The notes: generated by a model from the letters alone, not told the origin. 64,000 nucleotides of DNA from Octopus sinensis (GCF_006345805.1 NC_043005.1:38130001-38194000); one strand, 5' to 3'. Positions 38,627 through 52,302 are shown, counted from the stretch's first letter. Program-made: numbers and translations.

Positions 38627-39901
38627 GTATATATATATATGTATGTATATATATATATATATGTATATATTATATATATATTATATATATATATATTATA
38701 TATATGTATATATATATATATTATATATATATATGTCTATATTATAACTTCATGTTATGAGGTTTCTGTCTGTTCTTAGATATTTATTGAACCATATCAT
38801 TTATATCTCCTGTTGATATACATTGCTATTTTCACCTTATAATATAACTGCATATTTTCAGTCAACTTGTATTCATATTTTCCATCTTGAAATGGCAACT
38901 GTTTGCAATTGTTTCTATTCATATGTCCTACAACATGTTCACCTGAAATTCATCTTTCACTGTATTCATGCATTGCCATATATATATCCATATTTCCTGT
39001 GTGTTGGTATGTATAGTTCTTTCACATATGGTCATACAATCCTCATGTGTTATTTATGCTTGCATTTATTCCAAAACTGAAGTAAAAAAAGTAACAAAAA
39101 AAGGAAAATGATATTAGTATTTGATATTTGTTTTTATTGGTTCTTGGGTTTGCATTATGGAGAAAACATTTTTGGGGGTAACATAATGTCATATGTAAAA
39201 AATACATACAACCATATGTATTTCTATGAGTATGAAGAACTATTTTTATACATCTCTTTATGTACATAAATATCTGTAAATAATATGCATATATATTAGT
39301 TTTATTTTTGATTCTTAAAGCAAAAAAAAAGTACAAAGTGCCCATGCCACTTATATATTGGAATATTTCTGGAAGTTTGTGTATTTATGTGTGTGTGTGT
39401 GAATACGTGTACATGCATGTATATATGTTGGGATTTACAAACTTGCGTATATGTGTGTATTTTACATGAGCATATGTATGACCCTACAAATGTGTATCTA
39501 TCAAGCAGACCATGAATGTGTCTGTCTTTGTATTCATGTAGTTTTCAGTTTATATTTGTACAGAAATCTACATATGAATGTGAGTACGTATGTTGCACAT
39601 TCCTATATTCCTATATTGTATTCTTGTTTAGCTCTATGTCTACATACAACTACAAAATCATTTTTTTTTCTATTTTCCATTTGTGTATCATAATTGAAAT
39701 ATTCTCATAAACTAACGATATTCTTATATTCATTCAATATCTGCCAAAAAATCCCCATTGTGAAATACTATCTCAATTTCAGTGTTGTGAATTTTTGCCT
39801 AAAAATCATAATTCTGACATTCTCTCTAAAATTCATGTTTGTGAAACTCTGCCTAAATACACAGTTGCTAAATTCTGCCTAAAATTCACTGTTGTGAAAT
39901 T

Positions 39902-41035
39902 TGTAGGCAACCTCTTGTCATGTTTTAACCCTTTAGTGTTCGCATTATTCTACCAAAATTAATGCTTCTTCATCCACATTCTTTTGAATTGATCATGCAT
40001 TATCTTGCAACTATGAGATTTTGATGAGGTAGCTGTTAATTTTTTAAAAGATATTGTAAGGTTGGTGTTAGAGACCAGATATGGCCAGTTTGAACATAAA
40101 GCAGGCAGAATACTTTTGGCTGGATATGGCCGGTTTAAATGCTAAAGGGTTAATGAGAGTCATCTTGAGTTATCTCCCCTGTCACATCGCTAACAACTAG
40201 GTGGCGCTTGTTAGATAGATAGAAAAAGACGCGCACAGCCAAGTAACATCCTCTTCCCCTCTCCCATGCGGCCTGCAGCTAACTACCTCTTCTACATCTC
40301 TGTTCCTGCTATGGGACAACCCTCTGTTGATTTGAATTTTGTTAAATCTTCTATACCATTCATGGAAGGCAGCAAGACAAAGGCCTTTACTTATTCAGCT
40401 TCCATTCAGTTCTCTTGAATGATAATATACAAGATGTGTATAAATGCTCTCATCCCGGATCGGAATAAATACTCCATGTGCATGAAGTCTTTGAGTTGTT
40501 GTTGTTCCTCACTGGATTAATTCCTACGGCTATCGAAGGATGATTGAACATTATATTAAATTAGTGGGCTAAAAGCTCACTAAAATGATGACCCCGATGT
40601 CAGAAACTATCCGCTGGATAGTTTCCTTAAACAACTACAACTTGTATGAGTTTTCGAAGACTTCATGTACATGAAGTATTTGTTCCGATCTGGGATGAGA
40701 GCATTTTTACACAGCTTGTATATTAACATTCAACAAAACAGAATGGAAGTTGAATAAGAAGAGGCTTTTGTCTTGCCACCTTCCATGAATGGTATAGAAG
40801 ATTTAACAAAATTCTAATCAATGAAGGGTTGTCCTGTAGCATGAACAGAGATGTAGAAAATGTAGTTAGCTGCAGGCTGTGTGGGAGAGGAGAGGAGGAT
40901 GTCACTTGGCTGTGCACGTCTTTTTATATCTATCTAACGAGCGCCACCTAGTTGTTAACGATGTGACAGGAGAGATAACTCTAGATGACTCTCATTAAAA
41001 CATGACAACACTGGATTCAAATAAGGTTGCCTACA
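39902..41035. mobile_element. Non-autonomous foldback DNA element with ~350-bp TIRs, TGT...ACA ends and putative AATT TSD (Ginger-like by termini)
   Basis: TGTAGGCAACC (39902) ... GGTTGCCTACA (41035), AATT at 39898-39901 and 41036-41039; 40154-40493 is the reverse complement of ~40654-40996; spacer ~160 bp. Confidence 0.8.
39929..40149. mobile_element. piggyBac-type MITE (221 bp) with TTAA TSD
   Basis: TTAA|CCCTTTAG...CTAAAGGG|TTAA (TSDs 39925-39928 and 40150-40153); absent from the opposite TIR arm; degenerate homolog at ~47337-47697. Confidence 0.9.
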
Positions 41036-44000
41036 AATTCTTCCCAAAGTTTGTAGTTGTGAAATTCTGCCTAAAATTCAAAGTTGGGAAACTTTCTCTA
41101 AATTTCACAGATATGAATTTATGTCTAAATTTCACAGGAGTGAAATTCCACTTAAATTTCAGTTGTGAATTTTTGCCTGAAATTCACAGCTGTGAGATAA
41201 AGCCTAAAATTTCACAGTTTTACATTTGAGCTTAAGATTTGCAACACTGAAATTCTGCATAAATTTCACATTCTGAAATTCTACCTAAGTTTCACAGGTG
41301 TAAATTTCTGCCTGAATCTCAGTCATGAAATTCTGCTTAGTTGTGAGATTCTACATACAAACGTTATTTGTTAAGAAAGAAGTTAATGATGAAAAAGAAG
41401 GCAAAGAAAAATAACAAAACAGTAGAATCCACAGATATGGCCAAATACTTACTGCTGACCGGGCACAACTAAATAAGCTTGCCATGTTGACTACCTGTAG
41501 GACATATTGTATAGAAGGAGAGGGCAGAAACTAGGTTAAAAGGTGTTTCTATTCTTATCTTATGTGTGGAGTGGGTTGAGATCTTTAGTCTCTGGATTGA
41601 CAAAACATTTTACAAAATGGTTATTAATCTCCTCAAATCTTCTCCCACCCCTTACTTCATGCCACTTCACATTCTTAAACATGTCAACAGCTCCCTTCTT
41701 TCAGAATCCAGGACATCCACTCTGATACACATAAAACAAGATAGCTATTCACTTCTTCCTTTTTTGACTCTACTTCTTCATTATTGTCATCCCCCTGTTC
41801 ATTATCCTTTTCTACTTCCTTCGTCACTTTCTCTACCTCCTCATTATAATCCTCTACCTACTCTTCCCTTTTTCATCTTCCTTCTCCAACCTCAGTGATC
41901 ATTAACAATTCTAGCTGGTCTAAATTTTTGTCCTCAGAGAGAGAGTAAGAGAGCATTCCTTCTTTTGACTTGGCTGTGCCATCTGATGTTTCTCATTACT
42001 CTCAGATGACTTTATTCTCTCAGATGTGTTGCAGAAAGAGGAATGTTGTGTTATGAACTTCCTAGAATTTTTACATTTGTTCTTATTTTCTTTTATCCTT
42101 TTTTATGAAATATGTTTTTTTTAAAGTGATAGAGCTCAGTGTTGGGAGAACTTTAGTTTCTGCTTTGGATCACATAGTTTTTATTGGCATAATTACTAAG
42201 ATTAAAAACAAGTTACTTGTTGACTTTTCAATTATGACAATATGAATTAGAACAGAAGAAAAATTGGAGCATTTTTCATTCTTTGACTATTGCCTATATA
42301 TGTATTGATAAATAGACAGACAGACAGATAGATAGATAGACACACGTATATATTATACACATGTATATCCATGTATGTTCATATATATTAACACACACAT
42401 ATATATAGAGAGAGAAGGGAGAGAGAGAAAGAGAGAGAGGGGAGAGAGAGAAGGAGAAAGAGTTAGGTAGATAGATAGAGAAACACACGTATATATATTC
42501 ACATATGTATATCTATGTTATTTTATTTAAATTAACATGCACACACAGATAGATAGAGAAATAGATAGACAGACAGACAAATAGATAGATATATAGATAG
42601 ATAGACACACACACACACACACACACAATCAAATACATATACCTATGCAAATCTATATATTTATACATAATCTTAGACATATGTACACACATACACAAAC
42701 ACATATACACACATGAATGCAATACACATATATACCTCACCACATTAATGTATATTTTATGCGCACTGAAAACATATACTCACTTCAGATGCAGCTGTTA
42801 TAGACAAACATATTTTGGCAACACAGGTGATAAATCCAAAAGTTTCTTTGTGTTTTGCCTTATGCGACAAATAGCAGACTTGTACAGTCATGAACTATTT
42901 CTTTGATTACACAAATGGAATTACTATTTTAAGTTAAGATAATGTAGTGTTAATTGATACAGAGACAATGTATTGCAACTGTCATTGTATTCTGATATGA
43001 CCAATGACTTCAAAGTTAAGAGAAAATAATGATAATGTTAAGGAGATAGGAAACGTTATGAATTCTACAGCTATGTGGTTTAAGAAGTGTATTTCACAAC
43101 GTTCTGGCTTTGGGTTCAGTCCCACTATGTGGTATCCTCAGCATGTGTCTTTTTCTTTAGATCCAAGCCAGCCAAAGTCTTATGAGTGCATATGGTAAAT
43201 AGAAAAGGAAAGATGATTTTTATAGGTATATGTGTATGTATATCATCATCGTCGCTAGGCATCCGCTTTCCATGCTGGCATAGGTTGGACGGTTTGACTG
43301 AGGACAAGCAGGTCGGGAGGCTGCAGCAGGTTCCAATCTGATTTGGCAAGATTTCTACAGCTGGATGCCCTTCCCAATGCCAACCATTTCGTAGAGAGTT
43401 GTGGGTACTTTTTAAATGCCACCAGCATCAGAGCCAGTCAGGCAATGCTGGCATTGACCATGCTCGAATGGTGCTTTTTACATGCCACCAGCATGTGTGC
43501 CAGTCAGGCAGCACTAGCATTGGTCACACTTGAATGGTGCTTTTATGTGCCACTGGCATGATATACATATATTTTTGTATATACATATACACAATATATA
43601 TATTTGTGTGTGTGTGTATATATATATATATACACACACACAAATGCACATGAGTTGTTGAGGTTAAATTTGACAGTTTGCATAAAAGGAAAAGAAAACA
43701 CAATATACCATCCAAAAACTAAAGTATTTAAAAAATTCAAAATATTTCAAATAGATTATGGCCTGAATATAAAAGTCTACTCCGCATCCATCACATCTTC
43801 AAGATGGCTCTAGAACCTACTGCAGGCATTCTCAGCCACCAGCTCAGCCTTGGTGTTGCAGGCAAAGCAACTCAAATGTACCCCATGCTTAGTAATCCAT
43901 GGAATTACAAATAAACGAAATTAGAAGACCAGAAATTGAGGCTGATGAAGAAATAAAGACAATGTTCCTTACATGAAACTTAGTAGAAGGATCACCAGCA

Positions 44001-44696
44001 AACAATCTTATTGAAATGAGCTTAAACTCAGCCACAGACCCTCATGATTTTCCAGTCAAGAAAGAATGGCCATTAAAAAGGTGATAACACTAATGGTGCC
44101 CCAGCATGGCTGCAGCTTTTGGATTGAAATGCATAAAAGAATAAAACAGTAAACATACATAAGTGTGTGTACATATATATATATATTTATGTTGTGTCTT
44201 TTTGTTGAATTATAATAAGTATAATTTAACATTAAACTGAAGAATTACTTAATACCTTTTGTAGAGTATATACTAGCTATATGAGACGATGGGGGAGTGA
44301 CTTCAAAATTTCAGTGAGGGCTGAAACTTCAAACAGTCACCCATCAATATATCTGATTGAGAAGTTAGCTTCCCAACCATATCGTTTTAGATTCAGTCCC
44401 AGTATGTAGTACTTTGGACATGTGTCTGCTGCCATAGCCCTGGGCTGACCAAAGCTTTATGAATGGATTTGCGATACAGAAACTGAGGAGAAACCCATTG
44501 TATATTTGTACTTGTATCACCTTGTCTTGCCATCATGTGGTTTGTAAATGAGTTGCAGTCTCATAGGAGTAGTGTCATTCATTTCTAATGTTCTGCATAG
44601 GCATGTCTGGCCATGGAAGAATATTACCTTGCTTAGAAACAGGTGAGGGTTAATGAAGGGCATCATCCGTCATATAGAAAATCTGCTGCAGTAAAA

Positions 44697-45200
44697 TTCA
44701 TCATCATCAACATTTAGTGTCCATTTTCCATGCTGGCATGGGTTAGATGGCTTGACTGGGACTTGTAAGCCAGAGAGCTGTACCAAGCTCCAGTCTGATT
44801 TGGCTTGGTTTCAACAGCTTGATGCCTTTCTTAACGCCAGCCACTTTATGTAGTGAGTGCCTTTTACATGTCAATGGTACAGATGCCTTTTACATGTCCC
44901 TGGAACAGGTGCTTTTTATGTGTCACCAGCAGAGGCCACAAATACGATTTCACTTAGCTTCACATGTCTTCTCAAGCACAGCAAATCACCAAGAGTTTTG
45001 GTCACTTTTCATAACTTCCATGAGACTGAACATTCAAAGATCATGCTTCATGGCCTCATCTCATGTTTTCCTGGGTCTACCTCTTCTACACGTTTGTTTC
45101 CCAGTTAGAAACTGGCACTTCTTTACACAGTTGTCCTCATTCATATGCATCACGTAACCATACAAGTGCAGTGTTCTCTCTTACACACCACACCTGTTGC
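44697..45200 (-). mobile_element. 5'-truncated RTE-clade LINE 3' end (second family) with (GAT)n tail
   Basis: Minus strand LHLYGYVMHMNEDNCVKKC...CRRGRPRKT*DEAMKHDL...SDQNSW*FAVLEKT. Its 3' UTR (GGCATTAGGAAGGGCATCC-type ... GATGATGAT) recurs at ~43243-43560, 48600-48780, 56270-56400 and 59260-59430. Confidence 0.8.
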
Positions 45201-45962
45201 TTGGATGTTAAAGCAATGATGATATGAATAGATCTGTGTATGTGTGTGTGTGTGTGTGTGAGTGTCCTTGTCTTGACATCACACCACAGCTGTAAACAAG
45301 TATCACTATCATAAAAGTGGTGTTGCTTCCATTCTCCCATGGAAACATCCAGCCATGAGGAAATGAGGAAATATGCTTCAGGAAAAGGAGAGCGATGGCA
45401 ATAAGAATGTTGTCTAGAGAAAATTTGCTTCAGTGAATTCTGACTGATTCAGCAAGCATGAAAACATGTAGATTAAAATTATGATGATGATAATGTGTGT
45501 TGGTTGCCATATGTGTTTCCATTGACATAGCATGGGTAGTGACAAAATTGTTTATAGCCCACAGCGCAATAATTTAACATTAAACTTTACTTGAAAGCCA
45601 GTAAGGGTTGGTGGCAGAAAGCAAATGCAGTCATAGAATACAACTTTAATAAGTCCCATCCATTCCATACTAGCATGGAAAAAGTAGATGTAAAAATGAT
45701 AATCGCACACACACACACACACACACTAGTTATATGTGCAAAATTATGTATTTTTCTATATAGGCTACATACGTGTCTTTGTACTTTTCTATTTATAAAC
45801 ATTTATAAAAGACACACACACTCTATATTTGTGTGTATGTATTTATGTAAATGTATGTAATTAAAATGCTTATGTGTCTCTTAGAATGTGTATGTGGGAA
45901 AGTGTGTGCACATATATATATATATACATGTGCACATATACACACACAGTGCATATGTATGT

Positions 45963-46002
<40 letters not shown>

Positions 46003-46050
46003 CCATGTATTTACATTTTCACATACATATGTGGGTGTGTGTGTATGTGG

Positions 46051-46117
<67 letters not shown>

Positions 46118-46548
46118 CTATCTATATACATATATATATATATATACATATGTATACACACACACACACATATATATATAGCCATACATACATACACAAG
46201 TGTATGAATAATTTTCTAAATATACATTGTGGCAAAAATTAAGCAATTTAATCAAGTAATTCCATTTAAAGACACACAGCAATGTCTTTATTATTTACTA
46301 ATCTGTTTAGAAAAACTTGCCTAAGCTATTTTTGCACAAACATTGCATAATCCTATTAAAAAGTAGCAATCTAAACGAAATAAAAACACCACCAAAAGAA
46401 TGAAAGAAAAAATAACTAAAATGTTACTTTTTTCCTGTGATAATAATTAATAGAGAAGGTTACAGAATTAGATAATTTTGTTAGCATTTAAGATCATAGT
46501 GCACAGTAGCGGGTGATGTTTTATGTGTGATTGTGGTGGGCAGCTATG

Positions 46549-47200
46549 GTTGTTTATTATATTATTAGTACATTATATTATTAGTAGATGGTGATGGAAG
46601 TGTAAAGGTTTTGTTGGTGCCTGGTTAGGAAGCTTGCATCCCAATTATGCGATCGTGGGTTCAGTCCCACTGTGGAACCTCAGGCAAGTGTCTTTTACTA
46701 CAGCTTGAAGCTGACCCAATCCTATGAGAAGTGGATTGTGAGGGGCACGTTACAGAAAGAAGCCTTGTTTATTATATTATTAGTACATTATATTATTAGT
46801 ACATTATATTATTAGTAGATGGTGATGGAAGTGTAAAGGTTTTGTTGCTGCATGGTTAGGAAGCTTGCATCCCAATTATGCGATCGTGGGTTCAGTCCCA
46901 CTGTGGAACCTCGAGCAAGTGTATTTTACTACAGCTTGAAGCTGACCCAATCCTATGAGAAGTGGATTGTGAGGGGCACATTTCAGAAAGAGGCCTTGTT
47001 TATTATATTATTAGTAGATTGTGATGGAGGTGTAAAGGTTTTGTTGCTGCATGGTTAGGAAGCTTGCATCCCAATTATGCAATTGTGGGTTCAGTCCCAC
47101 TGTGGAACCTCAGGCAAGTGTCTTTTACTACAGCTTGAAGCTGACCCAATCCTATGAGAAGTGGATTGTGAGGAACATTTTACAGAAAGAGGCCTGGTTC
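46549..47200 (+). repeat. Tandem triplication of a ~215-230-bp unit containing a SINE head
   Basis: GTAAAGGTTTTGTTG.TGC.TGGTTAGGAAGCTTGCATCCCAATTATGC...GAGAAGTGGATTGTGAGG occurs three times (units start ~46549, 46765, 46995). Confidence 0.92.
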
Positions 47201-47274
47201 ATTAACCTATTGAATGTTCCAGATTTGTATCTTTTTTGTCATTGTTTTCTTGTCCTGGAATTCTTTCACACTTG

Positions 47275-47840
47275 AACCCTCATGATACCAAACCACCTAA
47301 AACCACCTTTTTCTCTATGACAAACTTTCTGCTTAACCCTTCAGCATTTAGATTGCTCTATCAAAAGTGTAATTCTTATACAATCAAATTGTTTTGAATT
47401 AATCATGTGTTATCGTGTATCTTTGAAATTTGTAGGGTGTAGCCAAGTGGAGGAGGTGTGTAGCATAGTGATTGGGGTGTGGGACTAATGATCATAAGAT
47501 TGTGGTTTCAATTCCTGGACCAGGTGACATGCTGTGTTCTTGAGCAAAATACTTCATTTCACTTTGTTCCAGTCCACTCAGCTGTTATGAGTCAGCATGA
47601 CTTGAGAAAGTAACTATACCTTAGCCAGACCTGACCGATTTGAACATAAAACTGGTACAGTATTTGGGCCTGACATGGTCAGTTTAGATTTTAAAGACTT
47701 CCCATAAAAATTTCATGTTAATATATTTTTAAGCCTCAATTTTCCAATTACAAATCTGTTTTACTAAATTCTTCAATATTTTTGAAATTTATTGAATCAG
47801 AATTATTGTCTCAACAGAAATACAATAACAAAATGGTTAA
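47275..47840. mobile_element. Nested MITE > piggyBac MITE > SINE
   Basis: Outer old MITE (CCCT...AATGGTTAA); inner TTAACCCTTCAGCATT...-type MITE homologous to 39929-40149; innermost tRNA-SINE at ~47449-47590 (GGTTTCAATTCC B box). Confidence 0.6.
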
Positions 47841-48945
47841 TCTGTTGCTGTTTTTATATGTGGATGAGTAGTGATGTTAACACTGCTTAAGCAATGCCAT
47901 GGATCACTAGTAGATGATTAATCAACATTAATAATTTGCATTAGGTCATCATATCTTTAGCCCATGTTTTACTATATTTCTGTTGAAACACCTTGTCTTT
48001 GTTCCAATTAATTTTTAAAATGATGAATTTATTAAAATAATTGTTGTCATTAATTTGAAGGCAGCAAGCTGATAGAAGTGTCATAGCATTGGAAAAATAT
48101 CCAATATTTCATCTGACACATTGCACTCTGAGTTCAAATTCTATCAGGGTCAAGTTTACCTTTTATCCCTCTGGGATCAATAAAATAAAGTATCATTCAA
48201 GTACATGGGTTAACATAATTTTCTAACCCCAGTTTTCTAAAGATTGCTGGCCTTGTGCTAAATTTTTGAAGCAATTATTAAGCTGAATTTTAATTCATAA
48301 ATTAACATGAAATTTTACAGCAAGGTTTAAAAATAAATCACTCTAAAAGTGGAAGTTTATAAGCAGAGGTGGTCTGATGCAGGTTAATATCAAAGGGATC
48401 AAGGAGAGGTTTAAATCCAAACATTTCAAACTTCACAAATGTGATCCCCATTTTACAGACAATAAAATCTTTGTTGCATGAAATTTATGGCCTTGCATTG
48501 CACAAATCAAGATCAAGTTATAGTGTAGAAGCTCCAGTGATTGGCTTAGACTAAATTTCCTGTTGCTGCTTGTTCTGCAGCACCACCATTGTTGTCATTG
48601 TCATCACCATTTAATGTCCATGTTCCGTGATTGGATGGTTTGGCACAAAATAATGGGTCCAAGAACTGCATCATGCTCTGATGGCTGCTTTGGTATGGTT
48701 TCTACAATTGGATGCCCTTCCTAATGTCAACCGTTTTACAGCATGGGTGGGATCTTCGTGCCACCATCACTAGTGAGGTTGTGATGCAGCTTGTAAGACT
48801 ATAACATCCAAAGGAAGAGATAGCTTTATGCTAGAAGATGATGGGTAAAAGTATGAGAGAAGGTGAGAACAGAGTAGATTCAGGAGAAGAAACTGCATGG
48901 TTACTCACATTTAGTAAGCGAGGGAGATAATATGAGTTGTGAAGA

Positions 48946-49181
48946 GGTAAGGTGACGAGCTGGCAGAAGAGTTAGCATGCCGGGCGAAATGCGTAGCCGT
49001 ATTTCGTCTGCCGTTACATTCTGAGTTAAAATTCTGCCGAGGTCGACTTTGCCTTTCATCTTTTCGGGGTCGATAAATTAAGTACCAGTTACACACTGGG
49101 GTCGATGTAATCAACTTAATCCGTTTGTCTGTCCTTGTTTTTACCCTCTGTGTTTAGCCCCTTGTGGGTAGTAAAGAAATA
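48946..49181 (+). mobile_element. Well-preserved Nin/Deu-domain SINE with 17-bp TSD
   Basis: CpG-rich GCCGAGGTCGACTTTGCCTTTCATCTTTTCGGGGTCGATAAATTAAGTACCAG; TSD AATATGAG(T/C)TGTGAAGA at 48929-48945 and 49182-49198. Confidence 0.88.
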
Positions 49182-50271
49182 AATATGAGCTGTGAAGAAA
49201 TAAATAGTGGAGATGAGGTACCCAGATCTCCTCTCAAAGCATGGGATGAGCAGAAGTTGTATGTGGGGTGTACAAGATTGCATCAGGAGCAGGAGATGAG
49301 TAGATGGGGAGTCAAGCTACAACTGTCATTGTTTTATAAAGAAAATATAATTTATTAAAATTTTTTTTTAGCTGTTCATCTCAGTGTACCTGACAAGAAT
49401 TATTATTACAGGATCAGACAACTAAACATCATCTTCTGTGTTTTTATCGATAACCTCTACAGTCACTTTCAGGCTCCAGTCATCATACTCTCAGACTACA
49501 AATAAACTGAAAAAGCTTAATTTGTAACATATACAGAACATATATGTGTCAACATTAATGGAACATAAACCTATCTCAGTAAGAGCATTCATATTCAGCT
49601 GAACTTTATGTGAGACTTAACTGATTTGATTCCCAATATTAGCAGTATTCTATAAACTGAACTGCTTCTGACATCTTTTCACTTACCATTATGATTCTTT
49701 TTTTTCTTTTTTTTTTTTGGAAGGATGGTTGTCTTTTATGACCCATAATAACATATGATTTCTATTTTCATACAAAAAAATTTTTCTATTTTCATATAAA
49801 AAGAATAAAATTCCATGACAATTTTCTATTTTTCCTATAAATATTCTATTTTCTGCTGTTTCTCAGTTTATTGTTTCTTTTGTAAACCAAAACTATCTGA
49901 TTCTGATGTTCATCAGTTCTGATCTTTATACATATTTCTCTGTCACCTTTTCAAGTCCTTTCATAAATTCATGGAATGTTATGAATCTAATTCGGTTATT
50001 CTTCTCACTGATTTGCTGCATTAAAATCTGGTGAGCCATTTGCAAATTGTTCTATGAATTTTAGATGGTACTCTCTCATTTTCAATTTTTGTGTATAACT
50101 TTTAAAATAGATACTTCTGTTTATTCTTCTACTACGTGTATTTACCAAGCATTAACTTGAAATCACTGTATGCATGTATATATGTACACATATATGGCCA
50201 TGCAGTATATGGCCACAGTCGATGTAAGGAATAAACAATATGTGTATGCATATATACATATGCATGTCTGT

Positions 50272-50308
<37 letters not shown>

Positions 50309-51621
50309 AGATATACTTAGTTTGGAATGTAAATGGTTATTTTTGTAATAGAGGGCTACCCTATCTTAAATTTTCTTATTGTGGCATGTATAAACATGTG
50401 TGGATATTGATATTTTGTTACTTGTCATCACTTAAGCATTATAACTTGACATTATAACTGGCAGCTCTGCACTTTTGAAGACCTCTGGAATATAAATTCC
50501 TTTACTTGAAGAACAAAAAAAAACAATAGATTGGTGACAGAATGAGTATCTTATAATAAAGTCCTGCTTCAAATAATTCCTTACCGAAACCTGTATAAGC
50601 ATGAGGAAAATGGATATCTAACAAATGTATAAATGAACAAACTGAACCAGGAGGTACTTTTTTTATGGTTGCTTAACTTGTTTAAAATTGCAACGTAATT
50701 TTCATCAAATTAAACCTTAGTGTTTGTTTAAAAATGTAGTGGGTTCATTGTATACTACAGACTTTAATGTGCTGGTTGGATAAAAGACTAGGTGGTCATA
50801 GCTGGAATAACTTTGATTATTGCTTACCTGGGAGACCAACAACCTAACTATTTGAGGTTTTAAAATACGAAGAACTCAAGAGATGAGTGCTGAAACAAGT
50901 ATTTACTGCTTGCTGGGTGAGTTTAATAGTTATCTGTATGCTAAAACCTAGCCTTCCATTGCTAAAACTAAATTACAAATGTCTCTCAGCTAACATTATG
51001 AACTGTCACATTAGTTGCAGCTATCACATATTTTATTTGGAATTTTTCTGTAACTTAAGTCCATAGAATTAATTTTGTTTGTCTATTGTCTAACATAGCA
51101 CTATATCTCAAAACAATTTGGTGAACAGGCAAGAATTAACACCAGAAAACATGAATCTATAGATGCAGGCATGGATGTGTGGTTAAGAAGTATGCTTTGC
51201 AGCACTGAGGTTTCAGGTTCAGTACTAGTGCATGACACGTTAGGCAAGTGTCTTCTACTATAGCTCCAGGTTGACCAATGTCTTGTAAATGGATTTAGTA
51301 GATGTAAACTATGTGGAAACCCATAATGGAAGTCTGATGGTGCAACTCAGTTAATGTTATTGATTGTGTTTCAGTTAAAAAGCTATGGCTTTTATTTAGT
51401 CTGTCCAGAGTTGCCTGTCTTCAGTATTGCCTATTGATAATGGCTAAAGAGCGAGAAACATGTCTGGGAATCTGACAAGAGGTGGCACTCAACAGATATG
51501 GTGTTTTTACACCATTTTACCATAAGAGAAAAATTTTCTTTCGACTGTAACTGCATTGAATTTGCCTTGAGAAGTTGAAATATGTTACAAACATTTTAAC
51601 TAACCTAAAGTTTGTTATATA

Positions 51622-52302
51622 CAGAGTGCAGTGAAAAAATTGTCATCTAAATTATGCAACAATGAAGATAAAGCTGACATCTTATTTTAACAGATACATT
51701 TACCAAAATTACATAAAAATATCTTGAAATGTTAAAGAGTAAATATATTCACTATTGGCCATAAAATCACCATTGGCTTCAACCATGACCTCCAGGAGAC
51801 TTCAGAATCTCCTTCAAATCTTCTGGACAGTCTCCCTGTTTAAGTTGGTGAATGCTGCCATAATCCTTGCATTCAGTTCATCTTTGGTATTACAAGGAGT
51901 TTTGCTGGTCTCTTGCTCAACTGTGCCCCACACATAATAATCAAGAGGGTTGCAGTCTGTGGAGTTAGGTGGTCAGATGTTATGAGCGATATGGTCACAG
52001 AAATTATCTGACAGCCATGACTGGGTACTCTTGCTTGTGTGCCATAGTGCAGAGTGCTGTTGCCAGACACAGTCTTCCAGCAGCCACTCTCTTGACACAA
52101 TGAGGCACTACCTCCTCAAGGCACTTGATGTAGGCCTCCCTGTTGAGTAGGAGGCATAACATTGTCATCATGATGCTGTTTTTCTCACAGACGGTGCCCA
52201 ACAGACCCTAATATATATGTATAGTCAACAAAATTGAAAACAAGCAATGCAGAGGCACGAAATTAAAATTAACAAATGGCAACAATTTACCCATCGTATC
52301 TG
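51622..52302 (-). mobile_element. Internally deleted maT (DD37D-type) Tc1/mariner element
   Basis: Minus strand QSWLSDNFCDHI..NI*PPNSTDCNPLDYYVWGTVEQET...ARIMAAF; TIR-like ends CAGAGTGCAGTGAAAAAATTGTC and CAATTTACCCATCGTATCTG. Confidence 0.8.

Larger units (their letters stand above)
39755..41355. repeat. Degenerate 27-bp minisatellite (approx. GTTGTGAAATTCTGCCTAAATTTCACA) split by the foldback insertion
   Basis: 27-bp periodicity at 41056-41136 and related units at 39755-39900; gives 9-aa repeats (VVKFCLKFK/VGKLSLNFT/DMNLCLNFT) in ORF 41002-41229. Confidence 0.8.

Noticed and set aside
39755-41355. CRISPR-like array of palindromic repeats
   Set aside because: Contiguous divergent tandem units with no unique spacers, no cas genes, eukaryotic context.
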